Source: the human T2T-CHM13v2.0 reference genome, Homo sapiens | DNA: 64,000 nt | Assembly: GCF_009914755.1 (NCBI RefSeq) | Contig: NC_060926.1 | Strand: one strand, 5' to 3' | Shown: positions 1-15,088 of the stretch, piece by piece | Numbering within the stretch: the stretch's first letter is position 1 | Layout of the letters: each line of letters opens with the position of its first letter | Position numbers and translations under genes: made by a program | Notes under the pieces: generated by a model | Database searches by the model: none | Told to the model about the DNA's origin: nothing | What the model saw: the letters and a program-made list of their open reading frames with translations, nothing else

Positions 1-1231
1 GTTCTAAGTGCATTATATTTTTTATCTTAAAGACAATCCTGCATGTACGTATTTAAGTTCTTTGTTTCCCAGAAGAGGAAACAAATTTGGTAAGGCGATG
101 TAAAATACCTTCAACTGGAAATTCCACAGTCCCCTAAAAGAATCCCATAAATTGTGAATGATCTCCTAATGTTTCCTGTCCCCCTATCTGCCTTTACCTG
201 TACTCTCCCCTTTGAATATCTGTCAATCTTAACTTCATCATGTAAACCTTTCAATGGCTCGAAGCCATGTGACTCAAGGTCCAAATATCCTAACTTAGAA
301 TGAGACTACTCATAAAGACCCCTGGGCTACCATTTTGGCTTTATTTCTTGTAATTATTTCATAGTTTCTTAAGCTACTACCAATCTACTTACACTTCCCC
401 AGAACCACTGTTCTCTCAGCCTCAATGCCTCGGCCTGAAAAACCCTTCCCTTCCCCTCTACAAACTCAATATGCCTCTCAGCAATTTCTCTGCAGCCCCT
501 GCCCTGATTCATCCCTTCCCCAACCTTGGCAGAAGACTGAGTACCTTCTATAAACATTCATAGTTACGAAGACTAGTTTTTGGAGTAGAAGAAAGAAATC
601 ACCTGTAGTTACACAAGTGCTCTGAATTAGGCACATATTCTTATGAAAAATGCCAAGTTACCACAACCTACGATTTTTCTTTATCTACAATAAGAAAAAT
701 TAACCAATGGTATACAGTTTTAGGACTTACATGTTGAAATATGTTCCTGGAAGGAATCCGCTTAAACTTATTTTTACTATGTCAAGAATAAAGACAGATT
801 TGCAACTGTGCAAACACTGGAGGCTCCTGGGTAGTGTCCCCTTTGTTAAACATATTTAAACATTTTATCTAACTTTAAAGTGGAAAGTTAAAAAAATGAC
901 CAATCTGTGGCTAGTTTTAAACCCAGGAATCAATTAAAAATTTTAGATGCTAACAAACAGGGAAAGCACCAAAAAAGGATTTAAGTCAGGGGAGACGCAG
1001 AGCACCTAGCTTGGTGTGGTTTAAAGATAAGGTAATCCATTTTCGAATATTTTCAATGTTATCTATTCAAATAAAAATATAAATAATCTGAAAGCACACA
1101 TAAATTCAGTTATAGTATACATAATCCAATCACTAAAAACAAAACAAAGACACCAAGATTCTCAGAGCTTCTAGCTGGGCTTCTTCCACTACAATAGTAT
1201 CAAAACTCTTCTCTTAAAGATACTCAATAAT

Positions 1232-1366
1232 GGCCAGGCCGGTGGTTCATGCCTGTAATCCCAGCACTTTGGGAGGCCAAGGCTGGGGGTTCACTTGAGC
1301 CCAGGAATTTAACACCACCCTGGGCAATACAGCGAGACCTCATCTCCATTTTGAAAAGAAAAAAAC
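1232..1366 (+). mobile_element. Alu monomer (FLAM-like)
   Basis: Left-arm Alu sequence with a short A-rich tail. Confidence 0.85.
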
Positions 1367-1539
1367 TCAGTAACTTTTCCAAATACCAAACTGAACACCC
1401 TCTTTTTATAGGGCTATCTCCCCTACATCTCTGTAACTTGCGACACTGACTACAAACTCCTTTGACTCCTTCCAGTAACTATCCAAGATCTTATCCTTAC
1501 ATTTCTCTCTCATCTCTGCAACAAGGTTTAAAAAAAAAC

Positions 1540-2400
1540 ATATTTCACATGTGACAGTGTATAGATAAATATCCCTCAAATGCAATACCTTACAAATTGA
1601 CAACAAAAATTGTATGACCTAGTAGAAAACTGGCAAAGAATTTAAATAGGTTATTTCATAGAAGAAATCCAAATGGCCAATAAGTATGCTCTAACCCTGC
1701 TTAATAGTTAGGAAGATGCAAATTGAAAATTATACATTAAGATGTCATTTGTCATCCATCAGCTTGGCCAAAATTAAAAAGCATTGTAATGTCTAATACT
1801 TGTAAGTTTGCAGGAAGTGGGTACTCTCATACATTGCTGGTAGAAGTGTGAATTGCTAATCTAAGTATGAGCTAATACAACTTTTTCTGGAAAAGTAGTA
1901 TGGTAGTAGCTATTAAAGAATACATACACTCTTGAAAACAGACGTCTCTTTTTTACATTCTAGCCACTGAGGGGGGATAAACTAATGTATATATAATATA
2001 TATGTACACACATGTGCATGCATGTGCACAAACACATATACATATGGACATAATATGTAATGTACCACTTTGTTTTGGTAGTGGCAAAAATTAGAAGGAA
2101 TCTGAGTCCATTAATAAAGGAGTGATTGAAAATTTATGGTATAGCCCTACCATGGAATCCCCTCCAGATATAAATGCTTAGATTTATATCAGTAGACCAA
2201 GAGATGTTCATGTAGTGTTGTTAAGTGAAAAAGAAAGATGAGTAGTATGTAAAGTATGATATATTACTTTTGTTTAAACAAAACAAAGCAAAACTTCAAA
2301 CACCTCTTACAGGTCTCTGCTTCTATACAGAGAAAAGCATGGAAGGATACACTCCAGGCTCTTAATTTTGGCTTCCACGATACGGGTTTTTATAGGGAGA
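1540..2400 (+). mobile_element. Old L1M fragment (ORF2 end / 3'UTR)
   Basis: Motifs gaagaaatccaaatggccaataag and ctctcatacattgctggtagaagtgtgaattg are typical of L1M ORF2 3' ends. Confidence 0.65.
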
Positions 2401-2526
2401 GGGAAAGTACTTCATGAACTCCATTAAATTATAGTCATAATTTTATAATATGCATCTTTTGCAGGGAAAGATGAGCCATAGCTTCCAACAAATTCTCAAA
2501 GAGATCAATGAATCAAAAAAGGTTAG

Positions 2527-2845
2527 GGCAGCAGGTGCAGAGGCTCACACCTGCAATACCAGCACCTTGGGAGGCAGAGGTGGCAGGATCACCTGAGGCC
2601 AGGAGTTCAAGACCAGCCTGGGCAACACGGTGAGACTCCATCTCCACAAAAAAATTTTAAAATTAGCTGGGCGTGGTAGTGCACACCTGTAGTCTTGGCT
2701 AAATGGGAGCCTGAAGCAGGAGGATTACTTGAGCTCAGAATTTGGAGGCTGCAATGAGCCATGTTCGTACCACTGCACTGCAGCCTGGGTGACAGAGCAA
2801 GACTCTGTCTCAAAAAGAAAAAAAAAAAAAAAAAAGAAAAGAAAA
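2527..2845 (+). mobile_element. AluJ-like
   Basis: Dimeric Alu with a long A tail; interrupts an old hAT-like fragment. Confidence 0.9.
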
Positions 2846-2885
2846 TTATGAATCACTGTGCTACACTGCTTCTCTCAACAGAATA

Positions 2886-3092
2886 ACCTGGGCAACATAG
2901 TGAGATCCCGTCTCTACAAAAAAATTTTAAAAATCAGCCAGCCATGGTGGCATGCGCCCATAGTCCCAGCTGCTCGGGAGGCTACGATGGGAGGATCGCT
3001 TGAGCCCGGGAGGTAAAGGCTGCAGTAGGCTGATTAACCCACTGCACTCTGGCCTTGGGGACAGAGCGAGACCCTATCTCAAAAAAAGAAAC
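2886..3092 (+). mobile_element. 5'-truncated AluJ-like
   Basis: End of left arm, right arm and tail. Confidence 0.85.
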
Positions 3093-3817
3093 TCATTCTT
3101 GTGTGAACTACCAATAACTGATTCAACAAGGATTACCAATGGCTGCTAAAACCAAGGAGGGAAAAGTAATGGAAAAACAGGGTAGACACAGTCTCAAATT
3201 ACCACCCCATAGTCTTCTTAGTAATTACAAAGTGGACAAGGGGCCTCTGCAAGAGAGATGTGCGAATCACCATCTTAACCAAGTGATCAAACTTTGGTGG
3301 TGGCATCATTATTGCACACCTGCCTTTATATCTGTTGATGTGATACAATGTAAGACGTGCCCATCACCCATGAAGTACTATTGCTAAAAATGCTTAATCT
3401 GAGTCTCATCATGGGAAAAAAAAAAAAACAGAAAAATACAAAATGTAGAAGAGACATTCCAGCCTGGGCTCTTAAAAAACAAAACAAAACAAAAACCAGT
3501 GTTATTAAAAAACAAACAAAAAAGCTAAGGAAATTGTTCTGCATTAAGATAATAAAGAGATGTAGCAATCAAATCCAATGCATCAATTTAATTGACTCCT
3601 CAGTCAAAAAGTGAAACATCTATAAAGGAAACTTGTTAAAGTGGGAAAATCTGAACATGGACTACATATATCAGATGGTGGTACAGTATTGTTAATTTTT
3701 TCAGAGTGATACTGATGTTGTGATTTTAGAGATGATGACTTTATTCTTAAGAGAAATATGCTGAAAGATCCAGTGTCATTATGCATACAACTTCAAGTGG
3801 TTCAGCCAAAAAGAAAA

Positions 3818-3821
<4 letters not shown>

Positions 3822-3857
<36 letters not shown>
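3822..3857. repeat. (GT)18 microsatellite
   Basis: Perfect dinucleotide run, read directly. Confidence 0.97.
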
Positions 3858-3859
<2 letters not shown>

Positions 3860-3950
3860 GTACTTTCTTGTGTAGAGAAAGAGGGTATGAGAGAAAGTAG
3901 ACACGGCAAAATATTAACAACTGGCAAATCTACACAAAGGGTATTACAGA

Positions 3951-4255
3951 GGATGGGCACAGTGGCTCATGCCTGTAAACCCAGCACTTTGGGAGGCCGA
4001 GGCAGGTGAATCACCTGAGGTCAGGAGTTCGAGACCAACCTGGCCAACATGGTGAAACCCCATCTCTACTAAAAATACAAAACTTAGCCAGGCGTGGTGG
4101 TGGGCACCGGTAGTCCCAGCTACTCAGCAGGCTGAGGCAGGAAAATCACCTGAACCCAGGAGGCGGACGTCGCAGTGAGCCAGGATCACACCACTGCATT
4201 GCAGCCTGGGCGACAGAGCAAGACTCCGTCTCAAAAAAATAAATCAAATAAAAAA
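3951..4255 (+). mobile_element. AluS
   Basis: Full dimeric Alu. Confidence 0.92.
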
Positions 4256-4727
4256 GGGTGGTATGGGAGTATTCCCTTTTACTATTCTTTCAGCTTTTAT
4301 GTTTATCTATTTTCAAAATAACAAAATTGGAAGGGCAAGGTCATTAACATTCTCTGAGCACACAGAAGGGGAGAATGATACTTTACTGAATAAAAGTCAC
4401 CTTGCAATTAAATGCTCAAAGAATAAGCTGAACATACATATGCAAATTGGTCTGTAACTCCAACTTGCCATTTTGAAACAGGACTTTCTTCCTGGAAACA
4501 GGATCTTTACCAAACCTGTGTGCATTTCTCAGAAAAGATGACACAAAGCTGCCTAAATTTAATTCAATGACTTAAAAGAAAAAATTAAACAAGCAAAGGT
4601 TATTTCAGGTAAACTGAATGTACACTGAAAGATAAGAATATTTGTATTTTTCCTCATGCAATAAGTCAAAAGGACAGGAGAAATCAGTCCATGTTCAGGC
4701 AAGGAACATTTAAGTTGATCATCTTAC

Positions 4728-4794
4728 CTCCTGAAGCCTAGCAGTAGGCTACTTCTTATAGACTGCAGCGAGATGGGCAATGTATTTGATTTCA
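4728..4794 (-). CDS. LRPPRC: LRPPRC exon 14 (c.1583-1649) KSNTLPISLQSIRSSLLLGFR; gene continues left of the window
   Basis: Acceptor ttttcttttgcag|, donor GAG|gtaaga; 67 nt. Confidence 0.97.
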
Positions 4795-6549
4795 CTGCAA
4801 AAGAAAATGACCATCATTAAATCTCAGACCAAACAAATTTAAAAACCCTGTATTATCAAATTGAAAACATATTTATACCAATACCTTTTAGTTTTCATTT
4901 TGGAAATTGTATTTAAAAAATAAAAATGTTTTCATACAAAATTAGACAATGCAGTAATATATATCTGCAATATAAGCTACCCTTTTAACGTATTTTTAAT
5001 TTTCATGAATATATACAACTAATTAATTTATAAATATCCTTTCCTATAAATGGCAATTACTAACATACCAGCAGAATCAGAGTCAGCCTGGTACACACAC
5101 TGAGGCTGTATGTTGTTGGACATGGTGGCACCATGAAGAGAGAGACTGTAATACCCTACAAGACTTTTGTTCTTTAAAGACAGCACATGAGAGGAAAAAT
5201 TCTTTTCTCGGAGAGGTGTTGGGTTCTGTTGAACCATTCATACTTTCTCATTTCATTTTCCACTATGATCAATGACCTGCACTCACACAAGAGTAACCAC
5301 CTAAAGTAATAATAAAATAGGTCATACGTCCGCTATGTAATTGACTTATATTGATCTTTCACTTTTCTGAGTATTTGTTTGCTCTACTACTCATTTTGAC
5401 ATTTAACAGTCTACAACCTTGTATGTTTCAATGCTGACATTATAAGCCTGATTTGCCATTGTGTAAGAATCACACCTTACACTGACTCTTCACATAACCC
5501 TTGCCAAACTAGCAAGGGATGAGATCACAGTAGGCATTCCCTGAATTTATTTTTCCCTGTAATTGTACTAAAATGGGACCATGTTATAAGTAATAGAGTT
5601 AATCTTTTCACTATAAATGTAATGTGGCTACTGAATAATACAAAAAGGATGGGATTAGAGAGGAATTCATAGTAGAAGCAAATTCTGAAGACAATAAATA
5701 CAGTTTAAGTGAAGGTTAAGGTACCTGGTTTCATTAAAGAAAAATCCCATGGGAAAAGTCATGGCCCATTTTAAGTGTTCATCTCCCCAAAAATAACAAA
5801 TTAACCCACACACATAAGGAGAATTGTTTTAGATCAGCTGCTATATTCCTTGAACAAGGAGCCTAAGTTTCTCAGTGCTTTTATAGTGTTTGAAAATCTA
5901 AAAGTCACTTTTAAAATGACCTGCACTGAGTCACTCAAGGAATTTTAAAGGGAACACCACCACATGCCTCTCAGCAGCTTTTAATTTCATGTGATCAAAT
6001 TAGTTTTCCATGCCTACAAACACAAGTGGGAAAATGTTCTCTACTACTCCAAAACTTAATCAAGATAATCCATTTACTGTTCTCTACTACCTGACATTTC
6101 CTGTGATGTAGTAACCAGTAGTGCATTCCTAAGAGCTGCCTGAAGCACGTACCAGCAATCATAGAACGAACCGCTCTTCAAAGACTTGTAAATCAAAGCT
6201 GGAGGGGAAGGCACTGACAGGAAAAGCTCAAATACTTGGCAAACTTCTTGGCATTTTTCTTTTTTAAATCTAATAAACAACCTCTTGAAAATTCATTTTT
6301 ATACTATTCAAAATAGTATTCTACAGAATATTGTCAAGTTTTTATTCATTAAAAAGATGACCAGAAACATCTCAGCTATGAAGGCTGCTGACAAAAAGCA
6401 TCTAGTTTCCTTAGCAACAAACAAGCCTGAAAAATCAAGAGGTTGACAACGAAGTGGAATGGATGATATGATAAAAGGAAAAGGCAGCTCTCATGGATCC
6501 ACCTCGTGAGCCCAGATTCCTCTGCTAATGCTTCTCTGTTTTCTTCTTG

Positions 6550-6563
6550 TCAGATTGGAAAAT
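6550..6563 (-). CDS. LRPPRC: Candidate alternative exon in intron 13 adding YFPI-stop (531-aa truncated LRPPRC)
   Basis: Acceptor ttttgccttccactctgtatactatatag| at 6564. T+AT TTT CCA ATC TGA. Minus-strand AATAAA at 6346-6341. Confidence 0.55.
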
Positions 6564-6965
6564 CTATATAGTATACAGAGTGGAAGGCAAAATCAATACA
6601 CTCAGATAGCAGCCAGCAATAATACTCAATATTTGACTCAAATAACTACAACAGTCACCATTTTTCATACTGGACACTTTGCCTTTCCCTTACAATATTA
6701 CAACAAATATTTTAAGCGACATGCACAAGTAATACATACCAATAACCTGGTTGGTATAAAGGTTCCACCCATACAGTTTGAATATAACATTAATGAGAGC
6801 TTAACTGTTAACATTTTAGGGAGCTAAAAATTAATTATGTCTGTGTTTTGTTTGTAAATGACATATTTTTCAGAAGATCTGAAAAACTGTCAAGCAACAC
6901 CATGGACGTGTTAAAAAATAAGGTCTCTTAAGAACGTCTTATTTATTAATTAAAAATAAAATACA

Positions 6966-7254
6966 GGCCAGGCGCAGTGGCTCACACCTGTAATCCCAGC
7001 ACTTTGGGAGGCTGAGGCAGGCGGATCACTTGTGGTCAGGAGTGGTGAAACTCTGTCTCTACTAAAAATACAAAAAATTAGCTGGGCATAGTGGCATGTG
7101 CCTATAATCCCAGCTACTCGGGAGGCTGAGGCAGGAGAATCGCTTCAACTCAGGAGGCAGAGGATGCAGTGAGTCAAGTTCGCACCACTGCATTCCAGCC
7201 TAGGTGACAGAGTGAGACTGTGTCTCAAAAATAAATAAAATAAAATAAAATAAA
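6966..7254 (+). mobile_element. AluS with a ~22-bp left-arm deletion and (AAAAT)n tail
   Basis: ggtcaggagt is joined directly to ggtgaaactc. Confidence 0.9.
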
Positions 7255-7450
7255 GTGCAGTATGGTGAAAAGAACAAAGCTAAAGTCTGAACATCTTACT
7301 TCTGGTTCAAATCACTAACCTTGGGCAAATCATTTAACTTCTCTATGCCTTTAGTCATCTATCAATGGAGATAATTGTATTAACATGTGATGAGCATTAT
7401 AAAGCACGCTAGTGTTTAAAAATGTTTAGTAAACATTTGCTGTGTTTTTG
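7255..7450 (+). mobile_element. MIR
   Basis: Core accttgggcaaatcatttaacttctctatgcct. Confidence 0.7.
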
Positions 7451-7883
7451 TTAATGAAGACTAGAAGTCTTTATAATAGATGTTAGTTTAAAAAACACTT
7501 CAGAAACAATACCGCATTTGATTTTCACAACTCCCCCAAGTTAGGTAGTACTATCCCTGTTTAGTAAAAGTGAAGCAGAGAGGTTAGAAGACTTCTTCTA
7601 AATCACATAATCGGTGGCCAAATTATAAAGAATATCCACGTCTTCAGGGTCTCCAGGTCCAGCCTTCAGTCTAACACCATATTACATATAATATTCAATG
7701 TCCTTATAACATTAAAATTACTTCCAAATTATCCACAAGTTCAACTCATAAACCGTTTTATCAGTCTGGCTTTAACAAAACATATAAACCTTCCTTGCTT
7801 TCATTGCGTGAACCACCCTGCATGCCCTCAATAGTAACTGAAATAAACATCTATCAAGTTTACCGCTAATGTTGTATACTTAC

Positions 7884-7977
7884 AAAATGATAATACAAAG
7901 TCTAAGTTCCCATTTGCTGCTTCACTTCTCAATCCAGCTTGAGAAAACATATCACTATCAGACAGACATCCATTTTC
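7884..7977 (-). CDS. LRPPRC: LRPPRC exon 13 (c.1489-1582) [31 protein letters not shown]
   Basis: Acceptor tctccag|, donor TTT|gtaagt; 94 nt; ends in phase 1. Confidence 0.97.
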
Positions 7978-9021
7978 CTGGAGATAAAGCATATATCAAT
8001 GAGAATACATCTCAGCTAACAATATTTTGATACGCCAAAGATCCTGTTTTCCTGATTATTTGAATCACCATATTCTCTGATTTTCTAGAAAAATAGATAA
8101 GCTCAGTAATTGAATTTTAGCAAAAATTTAAAGATGACATTTCAGCATTCTAAGTTAAATGCTTATCTTCAAATACAGATGGTCTGATGCCTTTAGAGGG
8201 CCTTACTTCCAGGATGAGTTTACTACTGAGGACACTAGAATAATTCTCCCATTCAAGACAAAACAAAGATTCAATGCATTAATCTAAAATATTTTGGGGC
8301 ATACAGTTTGGCCAGGATCTAATTTAATGTAATTTAACTCATAGAGGCTCATCACTTGTCCCAACATCATTTGTTTAACAATTTAAATATATGAGTCAAA
8401 ATTTAGCTCAAATACATTTATTGAATCATTTTATTATAGTATATTAAAAAACCACTTAATCAGCAATAAGCAAGGATAAAAAATAAATTATGGCATACCC
8501 ATACAATGAAACAGCATACAAGCATAAAATATATTTTGTGGAATTAAATACTGTTATGAAAAGGTGTCAAATGAAAAAAAGTTCATCATGAAACAAATAG
8601 GAGAGAAGTGTAATTTTTCTTCAGGTCTCTAGTAAGCCAGAAACAGAGACTTTTAGGGGGAGTTTGAAAGTAATGAAGGCAAAAAGAAGTAAGTTTTTAA
8701 AAGGAAAATAAGAATGTTCTTTCTTTTTATTAAACTATAGCCTCTGTCAAGTTAGGTGGATAATAGGAACAGTATAATAAGAGTTGCTCGATAATATGAA
8801 CAGTATACTTTCTTGCTAAAAGAGATTTCTCCAGCCTAGTATACATCTGAAAGAACATACATGCTAAGCAATGACTATCTCAAGGAACTATGGACAGATT
8901 GTACAGCCCTACCACTTACTTGTGTTCTCTAATTTATCAACAAACATTTATTATGTAATTTCTGAAAACTAATTTAAAAATGTACTTTTTAATGCCCAGC
9001 TGAAGACAAAAGGCATTATCA

Positions 9022-9323
9022 GGTAGGGCGCAGTGGCTCACACCTGCAATGCCAGCATTTTGCGAAGCCTAGGCAGGCTGATCACCTAAGATTAGGAGTT
9101 TGAGACCAGCCTGGCCAACATGGTGAAATCCCATCTCTACTAAAAATACAAAAATCAGCTGGGTGTGGTGGTGGGCACCTGTAATCCCAGCTACTTGGGA
9201 GGCTGAGGCAGAAGAATCGCTTGAACCGGTAGGCAGAGGAGGTTGCAATGAGACCAGATCGCACCACTGCACTCTAGCCTGGGCGACAGAGCAAGACTCT
9301 GCCTCAAAAAACAAAGAAAAAAA
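9022..9323 (+). mobile_element. AluS
   Basis: Full dimeric Alu. Confidence 0.9.
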
Positions 9324-10167
9324 GCAGATCAATACTGTGAGTTCTATTAAGCACTTAACAGAGTAGTTGTTTTCAATCCCAAAACACTCAATACTACTGA
9401 AATTCCAGCAATGAAGGCAACATAGTTGAGATGAGAATGAATGTAACCAAATTTGGGATAAGTTTCCAAATTAGATCTGCTGTTCCCTAAGATAAGTCAC
9501 TAGTGAGAAAGCCAAAGCAGTAACCACAAAGACACTGATCTAGGGGCTGTATTTCTGCAAAGAAAGAAAACATCTGAAAAAGTAAGAATATGTGGGAAAG
9601 TTACTTAAAAAATTTTTTTTAACAGTAAAATATGTATAGTACAGGCTCAACATACTCCACTAAGAACTTAGGGAAAGAGGTGAAGACACTAAAGATATAA
9701 ACCCTAACACTTCAGAAGACTGTAATTATGTAATTATTTTAATGAAAGAAACACTCTAACATTATTAGAAAAATCAAGGTATTACATGAATGACTGTGTA
9801 GGAAACATCTTTTAAACAACATGTTCCTTATTAAGTATTAGGTGCTCTGCCAACTTGTTCCTAACTGCACAGCACTTTTTGTTTTGTTTTTGTAATTCAT
9901 ATATTCAGCGCTAAGCATGCTGTTTTGAAAGTGGAAAACGCAACCTTTGCTAATCCAATGCACTGTCCCAATCAACATCTTCATGTGCCTCTTCATCAAC
10001 AGCTTGCCTACTCTGCTAAGGACCAGAAGTAGAAAACTTCTGGTAGAAAAACAAAGGTTTGAAGTTTAAAAAAAGAGAGAGAGACAGAAAGACTAGTATA
10101 TATACTATTAGTGCATTTATGAAAATTTATGGGAAGTGAAAAATAATATTCAAAAAGTGAAAACTGA

Positions 10168-10303
10168 AGCAGGGCACAGTGACATGTGCCTATAATCCCA
10201 GCTACTCAGGAGGCTAAGACAGGAGGATTGCTTAAGCCCAGAGTTCAAGACCAGCCTGGATAACATACTGAAACTCCTGTTTCTTTAATAAAATAAAATA
10301 AAA
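10168..10303 (+). mobile_element. Alu monomer (FLAM/FAM-like)
   Basis: Single-arm Alu with an A-rich tail. Confidence 0.8.
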
Positions 10304-10480
10304 CCTAATTTATAAATGAAAATTGCAGGGGCATTTCAGGATGGGATTAGGAGTTAATATTGTTTTAATTTTTCCCGATATTGCCATATTGTCTTTTTAA
10401 TACACAAGAAAAAAGCTGCTTTGTCTTTTTGAGTTTTGAAAGTTTAACCACTATAAATGTTATACCAACTAATATTTTTA

Positions 10481-10837
<357 letters not shown>

Positions 10838-10906
10838 TCAGTTCAATGACTTTTTTGTGTGTCAACACTAAACATTAAGGAGGAAAGATATCCTCTTCAA
10901 TTATTA

Positions 10907-11086
<180 letters not shown>

Positions 11087-12240
11087 TTAGAATAAAGTAA
11101 GAAAAGATCGGTAAGTTCAGTTCAATTATTTTCTGAATCACAGTATAAGAAAATTACTCAGCAATTCGTTTGTCTAAAAGGCAGAAAAGAAACACTGTGA
11201 GATACAATGATAAAAAAATTAACTCCTCCTTTCTTCATCCCCCTCTGTGAAACAGTAAATTTCAAGAAACTATCCTTGAAATTATAAGTATAAAGAAACT
11301 TGAAACAATTAAGCAATGTGCCCAACATTTCTGGCACCCCAAACAGTGATTATAATACAACACTGCTATTATAGAGCAATGATGGACTTGTACACAAAAA
11401 ATTTGACCAGAATAAATGCTGCAAAGAGAAGTGACTGATTTCAAAACATGTTTTCAATTAAGCACTTATGTAAAAAGTTCCCTAATTGTTACTAATTTCT
11501 GATTTCATATTTTACAATGTAAGAAGGAAAAATTAATAGAGAACAATTTAATGAATTATTGTCTAATTGTATTTAAAACTAACTTAAAAATCAAATAAGT
11601 TGTTTCCTCTATCTCATTTCCCACTCACAAAAATCTCTTTTAATAACTTCTTAAAAATTAAGTCATTTCATGTTTTCAGAGCTACAGTGAGTTTCAAATA
11701 GATCCAGTTAATTCTAGACAACTGTCAGATTACTCAAGTATCACCTAATTTGACAGAGACTACAGTTTAATAAAAAGAAAGAACATTCTTATTTCTCCTT
11801 CTAAAAACTTACTTATCTTCAGCTTCATTACTTTCACATTATTAAAACTCCCCCTAAAAGTCCCTGTTTCTGGCCTACTAGAGACCTAAAGATAAATTAC
11901 ATTTCTTTCGAATTTGTTACATGATGAACTCCAGTACAAATAATTGACAGTAAATTCCTACTGAGTACAGAAAAACACAAGCAAGTCTAACTACATTATA
12001 AATACCTGCACATTTCTTTTAGATAAAATTTAATTATGTAAAAAAAAAACTATAATTTTTTTTAAAATTTAGGTTATGAATCAGAATATTTTAACTTTAA
12101 ACAGTTCACCATATACAAAATTACCTAATACTGGCCTAAAAACAGACAAATAGACCAATGCAACGGAACAAAGAATCTAAAAATAAACCCACACACATAT
12201 AATCAACTAATTTTGACAAAGGTACCAATAAATGGTGCTG

Positions 12241-12703
<463 letters not shown>

Positions 12704-13715
12704 GACCCTTATCTTATACAATACACAAAAATCAACTCAAAATAGATTAAAGACTTAAACTTGAAACCATAAAACTCCTAGAAGAAAACACTGGCCTTGA
12801 CAACGACTTTTTGGACTTGAGACCAAAGCACAGACAATAAAAACAAACAGTGAAGTGGAACCACATCTAACTAAAAAGCTTCTGCACGGTAAAGGAAACA
12901 ATAAAATGAAAAGGCGACCTATGGAATGCGAGAAAATATTTGCAAACCACGTATCTGATAAGGGGCTAATACCTAAAATATATAATAAGGAACTCACAAA
13001 TTTCAATAGCAAAAAAACCCCAAATAATTCAATTAACAAATGGGCAAAGGATCTGAATACACATTTTTCCAAAGACATAAAAATGGCCAACAGGTTTATG
13101 AAAAGATGCTCAACATTACTAATCATCAGGGAAATGCAAATTTAAGCCACAATGAGATATCACCTTACACCTGTCAGAATGGCTACTATCAAAAGTCAAA
13201 AGCGATTAGACAGTGGTGAGGATGGAGAGAAAGGGAACCCTGGTCTACTGTTGGTGGGAGAGTATGGAGATTCCTGAAAAACTTAGAAGTAGAATTACCA
13301 ACAATCCCACTTCTGAGCATATGTCCAAAGGAAATAAAATCACTATCTTGAAGAAACATTTGTTCATCCCAGCATTATTCACAGTACCCAAGATGTAGAA
13401 ACATGCTGTCAACAGATAAAGAAAATGTGGCATATATACACATATAGAATGGAATATTATTCAGCCTTAAAAACAAAGAAAATCCTGTCATTTACAACAA
13501 CATGAATGAACTTGAAGCACATGCTAAGTGAAATAAGCCAGATACAGAAAGATAAATACTACATCATCTCACTTATATATGGAATCTACTAAAAAAAAAA
13601 AAAGTTGAACTCTGTTATGGGACTGGGGTGTGAGTGAAAAGGGATGATGGTCCATAGGTATAAATTTTCAGTTATACGGTAAATAAGTTCTGGACACAAT
13701 GTACAGAATACTTGA

Positions 13716-14051
<336 letters not shown>

Positions 14052-14112
14052 AATACAAAATTTTTAAAAAGGTAACTAGCTAAAAAAAAATAAAAATAAA
14101 AAAATAAATAAA

Positions 14113-14433
<321 letters not shown>

Positions 14434-14460
14434 TCACAATGTGTACACATATCAAAATGT

Positions 14461-14703
14461 AGCCAGGTGAGATGGCTCGTGCTTGTAATCCCAGCACTTT
14501 GGGAAGCCAAGGTGGGAGGATTGCTTGAACCCAGGAATTTGAGACCAGCCTAGGCAACACAAGGAGACCCCTGTTTCTACCAAAAAAAATTATTTGAACT
14601 AGCCAGCCATGGTAATATGAGCCTGTGGTCCCACTGAGGCTGAGGTGGGAAAATCTCAAGCCTGGGAGGTCAAGGCTGACAGAGTGAGACACTGTCTCCA
14701 AAA
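14461..14703 (+). mobile_element. Degenerate AluJ-like
   Basis: Left arm plus an internally deleted right arm. Confidence 0.8.
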
Positions 14704-14869
14704 CGTCATGTTGTTTATCATATAGATAGATGATCGATTGATAGAAAGATAGACAGATATAGATTTAGCTACACAATTATTAATCCTTCATACCTCAGTA
14801 AAGTTGGCTGGGAAGAATAAATAAATAACCTAATATCTTCAAATCTAAGAGGTTTAAATGTATTTTTCA

Positions 14870-15088
<219 letters not shown>

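Noticed and set aside
1-4727. Search for LRPPRC exon 15 (SMNINLWSE...)
   Set aside because: Not found; intron 14 extends beyond the window edge.
12755-13433. ORFs resembling the C-terminus of a reverse-transcriptase element protein
   Set aside because: Broken L1 ORF2 remnants in a truncated, Alu-interrupted L1M; not an active element.
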